A stretch of 63,906 nt of DNA, counting the filler, from Neoconidiobolus thromboides FSU 785 (taxonomy: Eukaryota > Fungi > Entomophthoromycota), in the NCBI GenBank assembly GCA_025603075.1. It is 10 parts of 10 records of this genome, joined end to end, with 100 filler letters (N's around TTAATTAATTAA, not from the genome) between each part and the next. Parts side by side here need not be neighbours in the genome. Positions count along the whole stretch, not along the records: positions 44,100 to 50,788 come from MU626722.1; positions 50,889 to 58,127 come from MU626708.1; positions 58,228 to 60,329 come from MU626882.1; 7 more parts are not named here. One strand, 5' to 3'. Under the pieces are notes generated by a model that was given only the letters and a program-made list of their open reading frames with translations, was not told the origin of the DNA and did no database searches. Numbering within the stretch: the first letter of the stretch is position 1; every line of letters begins with the position of its first letter. Shown here piece by piece: positions 48,856-60,228 of the stretch. The position numbers and the translations under genes are program-made.

Positions 48856-49987
48856 ATGATTGCGAAAAATTCAGGCGAATTAGATTTAAATTTAAGTAGG
48901 AATAGTGACAACAATTACTCAAATGAAAATAGCCAGATAACTCCAAATAAAAATAAAGGAAGTGATCAAGAAATAATAATAATTGGTGATGCTGATAGTA
49001 TAACAGGTAAAAATATCAAACGCTTAATTAATTTATTAATTTCAAGTAGAAAGGATTTCATTTGAAAATAGTGATTCATTTTTGACTAGAGGAATTAAAA
49101 GAATCAAATCTACTTGGTCTGAGATAATTACTATATCCTCAAATTCAGATAGCGAAGGCTTTGGTGAATCAGAAGCAACATTGAACTACAGATTGAATAA
49201 GTCAATCAAAAAATTTGATGGTAAAGTATACACTGTACCTATAATTATAAATGGCCGTGTTGAGCTCAAAAAAATCAATATTAGAGATGATATTTTTCAA
49301 CTTTTACCAACTGAGATACGCATCAAATTCGAGAACCCGAGCCATTATTTTATTGAATCAGATCAAGATAAGGATCTTAGCAGAGTAAAGCAATTAAAGG
49401 ATGAAATAGCTAACTATGATAACCGAGATAGAGATTTGTTGTTAAAGCTGGCGAAATACATTAATATATTTAAGCTACAACCTCATTTAGAAAATTTGTG
49501 TTACACATTTTTAAACAGTTACCTTAGTAACAAAGACTATGCATATTTATTTAATTTTGTTTACTTTCTTAGCGCTTTTAATAATCTTATAATTCTACCA
49601 AGTTTAACATTGGATTCAAAGTATGAAATACATAGACTAAAAGATGTTGGCCAACCTAAAATCTTAGTCAAATCAACCAGTAGGAGGTAATTATTACCAT
49701 TGATATTAAATGGAAATGTTAATTCAAGTATAGATATAAATTGAATGACCCTCTGAAAATTAAATATAAAGTTGATGATAAAATAATTCGGAAAAATGGT
49801 GAAATTATTTACAAACTAATAAATTATAAAACTTGGAAATATGAAAAGGTAATTTATTATTGTGTTTTCAAAATGCAAATTAAATGTTTAAAAGAAAAAA
49901 ATAACTGAATTAGATGATTGCTTAAAAGAGGTTGAAAAATTTGAGCATCAAAAAATGGAGCAGTCACTTTGTTATTATACTATTTAA
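48856..49987 (+). CDS. Hypothetical protein, 3 predicted introns, possible C-terminal chromodomain-like segment
   Basis: Track ORFs 48856 and 49082 join in frame via a GT-AG intron (~49008-49048). Two further introns give ...KYKVDDKIIRKNGEIIYKLINYKTWKYEKKKITELDDCLKEVEKFE...; the exons after 49686 are less certain. Confidence 0.55.
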
Positions 49988-50318
49988 CTTGTAAAAATAT
50001 AATATTGAAATTGTCAAAAAATAAATGTTTTGTTATTGTAAAGTTGTTTATTAATTTTTATAATTTTTATATTAAAAAATCAAAAGAATAACTAAAAATA
50101 GTGTAAAAATGTAATTTAACATAAATCTCTTTTAACTGTAAAACTTCTAATGATATTTTTATTAGCTTTTAAAAATTATTTTTTGTTTAAGATCAATTTT
50201 TTTAAGAATCTCAAAGATTATTTTATTACTAAATCAAATAATTTTAAAAAATACTAAATACATAATAGTAGCCTTAAAAAACATACTTCTACTAATATAT
50301 TTTTTAAAATTTTTATAT

Positions 50319-50413
50319 GGGGATGTTTTTTTTGGCATCATTACTTTTTCCATTTTTTTTAAGCGTTATTTGAGTGGAAAGATTGTTAGCAAAATTCTTC
50401 AAAAATACATCAC
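50319..50413 (+). mobile_element. MITE copy (first of a tandem pair)
   Basis: ATAT-MITE-ATAT-MITE-ATAT arrangement with 50418-50519. Confidence 0.88.
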
Positions 50414-50417
50414 TATA

Positions 50418-50519
50418 TGGGGGAGTGTTTTTTTTGACTTCATTATTTTTTCCATTTTTTAAGCGCTATTTAAGCGGAAAATTTGTTAGTAAAATTTTTA
50501 AACACAAAAATGCATCCCC
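50418..50519 (+). mobile_element. MITE copy (second of a tandem pair)
   Basis: Near-consensus copy; flanks ATAT/ATAT. Confidence 0.92.
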
Positions 50520-50588
50520 ATATAATAAACCTTAATATAACTAAAAAGTGTTGGTTTTTTGAATTTTTATTTTAAAAAATCATTATTT

Positions 50589-50684
50589 GGGGATGTATTT
50601 TTTGTTTAAGAATTTTATTGATAATCTTTCTATTCAAATAGCACTTCAAAAATGAAAAAGTGGTGAAGCCAAAAAAACATCCTC
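50589..50684 (-). mobile_element. MITE copy
   Basis: Left flank ATTT; right end abuts the LTR at 50687. Confidence 0.88.
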
Positions 50685-50686
50685 AT

Positions 50687-50788
50687 TGTGAAATCTGGTA
50701 CTCAGGGTTTGGAGTCAAGAACAGCTATTGCTGGGTTGACTACACTATAAGTCGAAAGGTCTTAGTTTATGTGACTAAGATAGACTTG
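50687..50788 (-). mobile_element. LTR copy, partial (cut by gap)
   Basis: TGTGAAATCTGGTACTC is the reverse complement of the LTR 3' end. Confidence 0.7.
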
Positions 50789-50888
50789 NNNNNNNNNNNN
50801 NNNNNNNNNNNNNNNNNNNNNNNNNNNNNNNNTTAATTAATTAANNNNNNNNNNNNNNNNNNNNNNNNNNNNNNNNNNNNNNNNNNNN

Positions 50889-51785
50889 TGACTACATGCA
50901 AAACTTGGCCATCAGCTAAACGACCATCAAAATGCTTAACTATTTGATTAGCTTCAACCAAAGAGCCCATCTCAATCTCCGCATGTCCTGTAAACTCACG
51001 ATATGAATTATATAAGTAATTAACTGCTAATACTTTTCCTACTTGGCCAAAACAAAGTTTGATATCATCAGCTTTAGCCAAATGATGAATATTTGAAACC
51101 ATTACAGTTGTTGGAGCAGATAAACCTTTGATCGATATTTCAGGTGCTGGCTTTACTTCTTTAACTTTAGGCTTGAGCTCGACCCTTTTAGTAAATGATA
51201 CTGGTTCATTGGGTTGCTTGAAATGCTTGAAAGTTGTACCATTAGCTTGTTTAATAGTCTTCGGGATGTTTTTGTTAAAGCGCTTGCCATTTTCAGATTT
51301 CATCTTGGCTCTTAAATCTTTAGTTTTAAATCCATCTTTTGGTACAGGAGCATTAGCTCTAAGATCTTTAGTTTTAAATCCACCCTTTGGTATTTCAACT
51401 ATATATATAAAATTGATTAAAATATGAAGGGACAATTGATATATAGTTCATAACATTATGAAAATTATAAATGAAACATACCTGTTTTATCTGCTGAATG
51501 AGCACCATTCACTGTATTGGATTTATTAATTTCTCTGACATCTTGCGTTCCTACCTTTCCTTTAGAATTAATTTTTCTTTTTTCTTTAAGAGCCTCTTTT
51601 CTCTTCTCTTTTTTAGCTTTAATCATCTCTTTCCTACTCTTTTTAATGACATCCTCCAGAGCCATATCTAAATATGGATTATCTTTCGCTGAATCGCCTT
51701 CCTTTTTTGTTTCAACCTTACCATTAGTATTTTTCTTCTCTTTCAAATAGTCTCCTTCGCAATCTAACTTGATTAAATCTAACAT
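50889..51785 (-). CDS. ALYREF/Yra1-like RRM protein, one intron (51399-51481), 3' end lost in gap
   Basis: LDMALEDVIKKSR resembles the UAP56-binding motif LDMSLDDII; RRM reads VMVSNIHHLAKADDIKLCFGQVG...GHAEIEM...FDGRLADGQVLHV. Confidence 0.75.
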
Positions 51786-52789
51786 TTCAAATCGCTTTTT
51801 TACCTATACTTTTTACCAACTTAGTCAAAAGATATAAAAACCAATTGAAATTAACTCAATTAAGTTTACAGAATTTGCAATTTTAACGAAATTTCAGTGG
51901 TTGAATTTTATTTCCACTATTGGCACTTGGATTTTGCAGCTTTAGAGTATATAAATCTTTACTTTGGTTCTTTGAATAAAAGTACAACCAAATTATGGTT
52001 AAGGCTCGGCTTTGCTCTAAATGTATTAGTTTTTAAATTATTTATAAATTTCCTAAAGTGCTTTAGACGTACAATATAGGGATAAAATATTATTTTTGTT
52101 AGCTTTTTAAGTTTACTTTAATCATAATTATTGTACCATTTATTTAGTCTGTTGTATTATCGCATTTATCTAATTGCAATATATCTAATAACTTTTAAAT
52201 TTTTATTATGCTTTATAAAATGTTTTCATTCTATAGCATTCAATATATAGCATTTCCACAAATATATTATGTGTATTAACATTAATTTATTAAAGCTCTG
52301 GTTTTGTCTTAAATATCACTTTTGGTTATTTTAAATGCTTTTTAACAAGCTTTATTTATTAGGAGGTTCTTGTATTGGAGTTCTAAAATTTAAAATTTAA
52401 AATTTAAAACTATTTTAATTCTAATATATAAATTCAATCCCTGAAAAACCATTTGTCAATTGTCTTTTTATTGTATGGTTACATTTCATTTCTGTATCGA
52501 CTGCAATATTTAATGAATATCAATAGTCATATTAAAAAATAATTCGCCGTTATAAGCTATTTAATATACATTTACTTATTAAAAACTAATGTGATAAAAC
52601 ACATACTTGATTCTACTTTGTAAAATAAATTAAAGATTAGTAAAATTAAGATATTACCTTTAAAATATTGGACAGTGCTAGTAAAACTAAATTTAGTGTC
52701 AGATTATATTATGCTTGGAAACACAGTACTATATTATAAAACAAATTATAACTCAAGCTAAACAATATCAATACAAAAGATTTCTATAT

Positions 52790-52879
52790 GTTTTTTTGTT
52801 TTATATTTCTTATAGCAATTTTTCTACTTATTGACACTTGAAAAATGGAAAAATAACTGAAATCCAAAAGTACATCCCC
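52790..52879 (-). mobile_element. MITE copy with one end deleted
   Basis: CACTTGAAAAATGGAAAAATAACTGAAATCCAAAAGTACATCCCC followed by ATAT. Confidence 0.7.
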
Positions 52880-54104
52880 ATATAAATAAACATTATATCT
52901 TCTAAATACATATTAATTTATTTACATTGGTTTTGTCTCTCATTTTGAGATATAGCATGTCATTAATTGATTTTTAATAAACAGGATGGAAATAACTAAA
53001 TCTCAATAGTTATTTAACTAACTTGATATATTGTATACTACTGAGTCGTTTGTTATGTTTTAATATGCTGTTCGCTTAGATTTATTAATTTTTCAACCTA
53101 AATTCAAAAATATAAGGTTGCATATAATCTTTAAGTTCATGTAAAAAAATTAGTAACAAATTTGAATGAAAGTATCTGAAACATAAGGAATGACCTAATA
53201 ATAAAATAAACTCTAATATTTTGTTTTTTACTTAATTTTATTATATAAAGTTATTTTGGAATCTAATTTTTATTAGACGGAGATAATAAATCAGCTTAAT
53301 AATAAGGATATAAATGTTTAATTTTGTAATTGAATAATAAAAGACGTCATACTATAGTCAACACTTTAACATGTATACAAATTATCCGATTTATACAGAC
53401 TATCATATAGCAATTTCAACTTATTGTTTTTTAACTGTACCCCGGAAAATCAAAACAAAAGATTACTATTTTTGAATGAAAGCTTTTTGAGCCAATAGAT
53501 AGCTGCCATAGGGTAAGTTTAGAATAAAGGAGTATAAGTTATCTACATAATCTCTTTATAACTGATTAACTAATTGTATTTTTGATATTATTGTTCCAAA
53601 TTCTTTGGCGGTTTTTTGTTATGTAGTTTCAATTAAGTCTAAATTTAGTTTTGATATAAAGAATCCTTTTAAAAATGTTAAATTGCCTGGGCTTTATTGA
53701 AATTAGTGTAAGTTAATATTTAGTGATAATGATAGTGATTATTATTTAACTTTAGATTACACCTTGTATTTTTAAAAGAAAGAAATAGCCAATTAAAAAG
53801 AATTCCCGAATTAAAATTTGAAAATTCCCACGCTTGCTACGGAAAAATGACGGACAAGGCTCTATTTAGTTACGAATTTAAGACTTAGCTTTATAGCACT
53901 CGGTAATCATTAATCATATTTATTGGTGCTAAGTGATCCAAACATCAATAAATTAAAGACCTATTAATTTCATAATCAAGCTTAAGTTTCGGAATATTAA
54001 GCTCCATCATTAAAATATTTGTGTAATTAGAATAAGATAGTAAACATAAGTATATATAAACTAAAGTTTATCACAAACTTTATTTATTTTTCGTAAAACT
54101 AAAA

Positions 54105-55292
54105 ATGTCAAAGTCTTCTAAAAAGATTCCTTTAAGTGAACGTCCTTTATGGCAACAGATTAACTGGCCCCAATCTTTATTACTGGCCATTACACCTATA
54201 ATAGCAGTTTATGGTGTATCTAAAACTGAATTACAGTTTAAAACTGCAATCTTCTCCCTTCTATATTATTTTATCTCTGCTCTTGGTATTACCGCTGGAT
54301 ACCATCGCTATTGGTCACATAGATCTTATAGTGCTTCTTTACCCTTACGCATCTTCCTTATGCTTACAGGTACTGCAGCTGTACAAGGTTCCATTATGTG
54401 GTGGTGCAAAGATCACAGAGTACATCATAGATTTACTGATACTGAAAAAGATCCTTACAATTCAAAGAAAGGATTACTTTGGTCACATATTGGATGGATG
54501 ATATTCAAGAAAGATTCTACTAAGATTGGTAGAGCTGAAGTAGATGATCTTGAAAAAGATCCTCTTGTTAAATTCCAACATCAAAACTATGTTCCATTAG
54601 CTTTGTTCATGGGTTTTATATTACCTACCATTATTCCAGGAGTTTTTTGGGGTGACTGGGAAGGGGGTTACTTCTATTCTGCCGTCGCTCGTTTAGTCTT
54701 TGTTCATCATGCCACTTTCTGTATCAACTCTTTAGCTCATTGGTTAGGTGATGCTTCTTATGATGATAAGCTCTCACCAAGAGATTTCTTCATTACTGCT
54801 TTAATTACAATGGGAGAAGGATACCATAACTTCCATCATGAGTTCCCTCAAGATTATCGTAATGCTATCAAATTCTATCAATATGACCCTACCAAATGGT
54901 TCATCTACATCCCTTCTTTAATTGGACTCAGCTATGATCTTAAAGTATTCCCTGAAAATGAAGTAAGAAAAGGTGCATACATGATGAAAGTAAAGAAATT
55001 AGACGAAGTCAAAGCAACAATTAAATGGGGTGTTGATATTTCAGATTTACCTACCTTTACATTAAAAGAATATGAAAATAAGGTAAAGGAAGAAGGTAAA
55101 TGCTGGATATTAATTGAAAATGTGATTCATGATGTTGAAAACTTCATGCATGAGCATCCAGGAGGTGTTAAATATATACGTGCCTATTTAGGTAAAGACG
55201 CTACTCAAGCTTTTAGTGGCGATGTTTATGACCATTCTAATGGGGCACGTAATTTGATGTCGTCAATGAGAGTAGGTCGTATAACCGCTTAA
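54105..55292 (+). CDS. OLE1: Delta-9 acyl-CoA desaturase with C-terminal cytochrome b5 domain
   Basis: His boxes HRYWSH, HRVHH and HNFHH; C-terminal HEHPGG...FSGDVYDHS. Confidence 0.96.
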   Translation: MSKSSKKIPLSERPLWQQINWPQSLLLAITPIIAVYGVSKTELQFKTAIFSLLYYFISALGITAGYHRYWSHRSYSASLPLRIFLMLTGTAAVQGSIMWWCKDHRVHHRFTDTEKDPYNSKKGLLWSHIGWMIFKKDSTKIGRAEVDDLEKDPLVKFQHQNYVPLALFMGFILPTIIPGVFWGDWEGGYFYSAVARLVFVHHATFCINSLAHWLGDASYDDKLSPRDFFITALITMGEGYHNFHHEFPQDYRNAIKFYQYDPTKWFIYIPSLIGLSYDLKVFPENEVRKGAYMMKVKKLDEVKATIKWGVDISDLPTFTLKEYENKVKEEGKCWILIENVIHDVENFMHEHPGGVKYIRAYLGKDATQAFSGDVYDHSNGARNLMSSMRVGRITA

Positions 55293-55636
55293 CTTTATTA
55301 ATCCTAGAACGCTTTGTTATTCTTATTAAATGTATTTATTTGAACTATATTATTTTTATTTAAAAATTTTGAGCATTTGTAAAAAAAATTAATAATTATT
55401 TTTGTAATAGGCTTTGGGTTTTGTCAAAGTATCAATAAGTAAATATAATAACTTTAATAATAATCGATAGTTACCAATTCACATGAAAGATAAATATTTT
55501 GTTGGAAATCTAAATATAACTTGTAGTTTTATTGATTTGCATCAAAATCTACACAAAATAGCAAACTCAAGTGAGTGAAACGCATACTTATAAACAAAAA
55601 ATACTTTAACCATAATAGTATTGTCATTTAGTATAT

Positions 55637-55725
55637 GGGGATGTGTTTTAAGAATTTTACTACAACCTTTCCACTCAAATAGCGCTTAAAAAATGAAAAA
55701 ATAATGAAACTAAAAAAACAGTCCC
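55637..55725 (-). mobile_element. MITE copy
   Basis: Flanks ATAT/ATAT. Confidence 0.88.
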
Positions 55726-56457
55726 ATATTAAATTCAAGAATAAGAGCACCAAAGCCAGATTTATATTCAGCCATAATAACACTTTTGTTTAAAGCATTA
55801 AATTCAGAAACAAGAGTATGCAATGATGATACAGGTAATGAGAGATCTGTAAAAAATGGATTCAATTGAGATATTAATGGAATTCCTTTTAAACAAAATA
55901 ATGTTAAACATGAGCCTCTTAAACATTGTCTAAACGTCTGAGGTGAAGAATAGTAATTATAGTTATTATAATATCATTCAAAAACTAAGGAAAAGACCAA
56001 GTTTAAAGTAAAGTGATAGATCCGAGTTTATTAAATAAAAGCTAATAGCGCCTTATGGTGTCCAAGTTCGCTGCTTTTTGTAAACAACGATCTGTATTTG
56101 GCCTCATGCCTCCATAGAACTCGTTTTCTTTTTCGATTTCTAATAATTATTAATAAAACACATTGACCTTAGGGCCCTTGGATTTAAAAGAAAGTTAATA
56201 GCTCTTATTAAACGACCAAAAATATATTAGAGATAGTAAAGAGAAGTAAAAGCATTAAATATCATGCTGAGAATAAGCACTTAGAATATTTGAAAAGACG
56301 CTACAAGTAGAGTTATATCATTGAAGTATTATATGTCAGTATCATAACAACAATGGGAATTAAAACCCAATTATGAATTCATATTCGACATGCCAAAAGG
56401 ATGCACATAGAATTTTTACGGGGCTATCCTTTGATACGGTTTTGTTTTCTGTTATAT

Positions 56458-57555
56458 GGGGATGTCTAAATTAGTTTCATTTTTTTATCCACTTTTTAAA
56501 TATTTTGTATTTTAAATACTTGCCTAAAATTCTATAAAAACGGATTTTTTTATTAAAAAGCAAAAGTAGCCGGACACAGTTTTAAATTATTTTATTATAA
56601 TTTATATTGTAAGTTAACTGAATTTCTACTAGATCTAATAAAAACTCCCATATTAGCAAGGCTTTTACTAATACAATCTATATATTAATATTAATCAAAG
56701 TTATAATGTGTAAATAAACACATGTTCTTATAGAACTTTATTAAGAAACACTTACTGTTGACTGCTTTATAACTAATATTATAGATTTGTTACCAAATAA
56801 ATAAATCATTTTAACATTATAGTTATATTTTAATATATTACTGAGTTAATAAATAACTGCGTGGGAGGAAGTAGTTAGTTCAAAAACTATAACTGATGAT
56901 CCTTATGTATTACAAGCAATATAATAATAGTTTTTATTATTATTATTAGTTGCTCTTTGGCTATTTATTAACTTAGTTATTAATAATTGATTCCTATCAT
57001 TTAACAAACTATTTAGTTAATTAATGAACACCAAAACTTTTGGATTCTCTGTTATTTTCGTAAGGTAAACTAAGATTGATCTTTTGGTTTCTCTATTTTC
57101 TATAGACTCTATAACTTTAACTGGAACTATACCGATTTCTTTTGATCTATCAGATGCTGGATAACAATGTAGTTTGCTATTATATTTAATAAAACGTAAA
57201 TGCTTTTTAATGCCTTCCATCTCTGTTATTATTTTTTATGTTTTTGTTTCTTTTATACTTTTTAAAAATTATATTTGTTTTCCCATTATTAAGAGTCAAG
57301 TTAATTTTGTTATGTTCGCAAATAAAAGTCTCAAATCTTGAAATCAATTGATTAATATCTTCTACTTTACCTAATGCTTCAAAACTACTTTTCCATTGTG
57401 AAAGATTTCTAAAATGTCCATTAACTATACTTTTTCCATGATGCTTAGTAAAAAATTGAGGCTAATATTTAAACTACTATGTATTTTATAAAGTTCTTTG
57501 AATATATAATGTAGAAACTCTTAAGATTTAAAATGATTTTTTATACCTGCCCATA
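56458..57555 (-). mobile_element. Older copy of the Sola-like transposon 3' portion with decayed transposase
   Basis: Terminus ATAT|GGGGATGTCTAAATTAGTTTCAT; collinear with 34804-35878 but lacking the MITE; decayed peptides WAGIKNHFKS*EFLHYIF and HHGKSIVNGHFRNLSQW. Confidence 0.7.
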
Positions 57556-57625
57556 TATTAACTTTTATAAACTTTTTAAATATAACTTTTTAAATATTAA
57601 ACCAATTAAACAGTTTTCTATATAT

Positions 57626-57722
57626 GGGGATGTTTTTTCGTCTTCATTACTTTTTCCGTTTTTAGGCACTATTTGAGTGGAAAGATTATTAGCAAAATCC
57701 TTAAACGAAAAAATACACCCCC
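57626..57722 (+). mobile_element. MITE copy
   Basis: Flanks ATAT/ATAT. Confidence 0.9.
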
Positions 57723-58227
57723 ATATGCTGAATCATGATTTAATATTTCACATGAATAACCAAAATAAACTTTGTCTATTGTTTTACCATTTTTCAAACA
57801 TAAAACACCAAACTTTAATATAGATATAGCTTAGTTATTATAATCATCTAAATTTATTGGACCTGATCTTGTTCCTATTTTTATATTTTGTTTAAAACCT
57901 AAGATTATTATACAACTTTTATTATTTATTTTTTTAATAGCTTCATTAAATATATATATGAGTACTAGCACAAAATTTATGTAATTTATATAGCTTTTCT
58001 TCTTTATTGAAAACCTCTTCTATTTCTCCCTTATTTTTTGTTGCTATATGTTTAAAAAATGTTGACCTAGTTATTGCTTTATCTTTTAAATCATTGAAAT
58101 ATTTATTATATATCATTCTTCTACTTTNNNNNNNNNNNNNNNNNNNNNNNNNNNNNNNNNNNNNNNNNNNNTTAATTAATTAANNNNNNNNNNNNNNNNN
58201 NNNNNNNNNNNNNNNNNNNNNNNNNNN

Positions 58228-58328
58228 ATCATTGTTAATACAATCATCAAAGCCAAGGCTAAAGAAACCTTGCACATTTCGGGATATACTGTCTGGGTTA
58301 TATATTGTGAAAAAGCAGCTGTATCCAT
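58228..58328 (-). CDS. N-terminal fragment of a probable GPCR; inverted copy of the gene at 60229
   Basis: MDTAAFSQYITQTVYPEMCKVSLALALMIVLTM; 58228-58322 is the exact reverse complement of 60235-60329. Confidence 0.55.
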
Positions 58329-59184
58329 AATGCTTAGTTGGCTTCTGTTGTAATTTCTTTTCTCAAATTTGTCTCGCTTTGCCTTTTTATGCTGTATTTA
58401 TATAGTTTTCATAACGGGTATCTAGAAAATCTGTTTAATAATTTTTATATTATATATCTAAAAAATGACTTTTTTATTTGCGAATATAGCGCCGCAATTC
58501 AATGGCTTAATACTCCCAAATAGCTATCCCTCAATATGCTTTGAATTCTAGAATTAAGATTTAATAACTTGTAGTGTGATATCTAGTTAACATCTTTTAA
58601 AAGTAAAATTCTTGTTTTTTTTAGAAGCATGTAAAGTCATTCCTATTAACTTAAAGTATCATTTGAGTATAATTAACCTAAGATGGTATATTAGAGGTAA
58701 TAGAAGTGTTATGACAAACTCTAAAAGGAATAGCGGGAAAATTTATAAACCTTTAATTGGGAATATTACAGTTGTTCAAGTTTAAATGTGCGCTGGGTAG
58801 AGATATTTTTATAATTTATTATTTGCACTAACAGCCAGATTTACACTTTGCTTAAATTTTCATTTGAAATAAGTAATCAAGTAGTATGTATTTGAAGTTT
58901 CACAGCTTTAAGGATGATTTATGGTTTTTAATAAAGTCAGAAAGATAAAAAATAATTAAAGTCTAAGCAAGGTGAAGAAATACTTTCAGATTTAAACCAA
59001 ATTATATATTTAGTGTCTTACTTTTTATTTCAATATTATTTATAACTTTGTTAAAAGTTGAAATATTTCCTACTAATCTTCTACAATTCGTTGAAGGCCC
59101 TAAATCACCTTTAATTAATATTTTCGATTTGAGTTTTGCAAATGCTCTTTGATATTCCCTTACAAATTTATTAAAACATAATAT

Positions 59185-59280
59185 GGTGATGTATTTTTAT
59201 GTTTAAGAACTTTATTAACAATCTTTCCACCCAAATAGTACTTAAAAATGGAGAAAGTAATGGAACCAAAAAATATTCTC
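59185..59280 (-). mobile_element. MITE copy
   Basis: Flanks ATAT/ATAT. Confidence 0.85.
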
Positions 59281-59601
59281 ATATAACAAAAAGCTTTTGG
59301 TAAAAAATACAAAAACACAAAACAAAAATTGCAATTATAAGTATATCATGACTTAAAGAAATCAAATATATCATCGATAAACATGTTGCTTATAATCTCA
59401 AATTATATTTATATAAAAATTTTATAGTAAAATGTTACAGCTAATCTAGGCTAAATATGTAGTGTATAGTCATATCTTTTATAGTCTATATTTTGTATAA
59501 TTGGTCTGGCTTACAGCTTGATATTGGCATTTTATTTTTAAATGAACAATTGAACAATTCACTTTAACTTAAAATAAATTGTAATTGAATTGTAAATATT
59601 T

Positions 59602-59692
59602 GAGGGTGTTTTTGGCTCTGTTACTTTTTCCACCTTAAGCTGCTATTTGAGCGGAAAATTTGTTAGTAAAATTCTTACACAGATACATCCCC
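59602..59692 (+). mobile_element. MITE copy
   Basis: Flanks ATTT/ATTT. Confidence 0.9.
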
Positions 59693-60228
59693 ATTTAGAG
59701 AATAAATACCACAAGGAACAACTTTGTTTACGCTTTTCAAAAACACTAAAAGTAAAAATCCAATTCCTACAAATTTAAATTTCCCATTAACCACAAAAGT
59801 TATAGTTTACCTTGTGTTCAGCAGTAGGATAAAGTGTTGTTTTTCCTTAATCATCCAATGTGTAGAGTTTTTATTTTAAAAGATGTATAAATACCAAAGC
59901 CTTACTTTCCAATAGGGTTGTATTTTGTGATTTCAATTTTTATCTTTATACAACTTTTTCTCGTAAATTACTAATCTGCCTTTGAGAATTCTGAATTACT
60001 ATAATTAGTAGGCATTTTTGACTTGGTTCATATAGCTACAATATTTAAACTTTCTAATTTAAATAAATAACTTTGAAAACAGGATTTGATGGAATAAGAT
60101 ATATAGAACTCTCGATATGATGTAACAGTAAATATTTTAATACGCTATAAGGAATAAGATTTTTTAAAACAATAAATATATAAAAAACAAAAAGTTGAAT
60201 CTTTTTGAATCTATTTACTAAAATAAGA

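Noticed and set aside
18651-54501. Track ORFs 18651-18950, 44117-44335, 45275-45664, 51128-51427, 51517-51750, 54211-54501 and 44100-44288
   Set aside because: Antisense or alternate-frame shadows of well-supported genes, with no motifs of their own.
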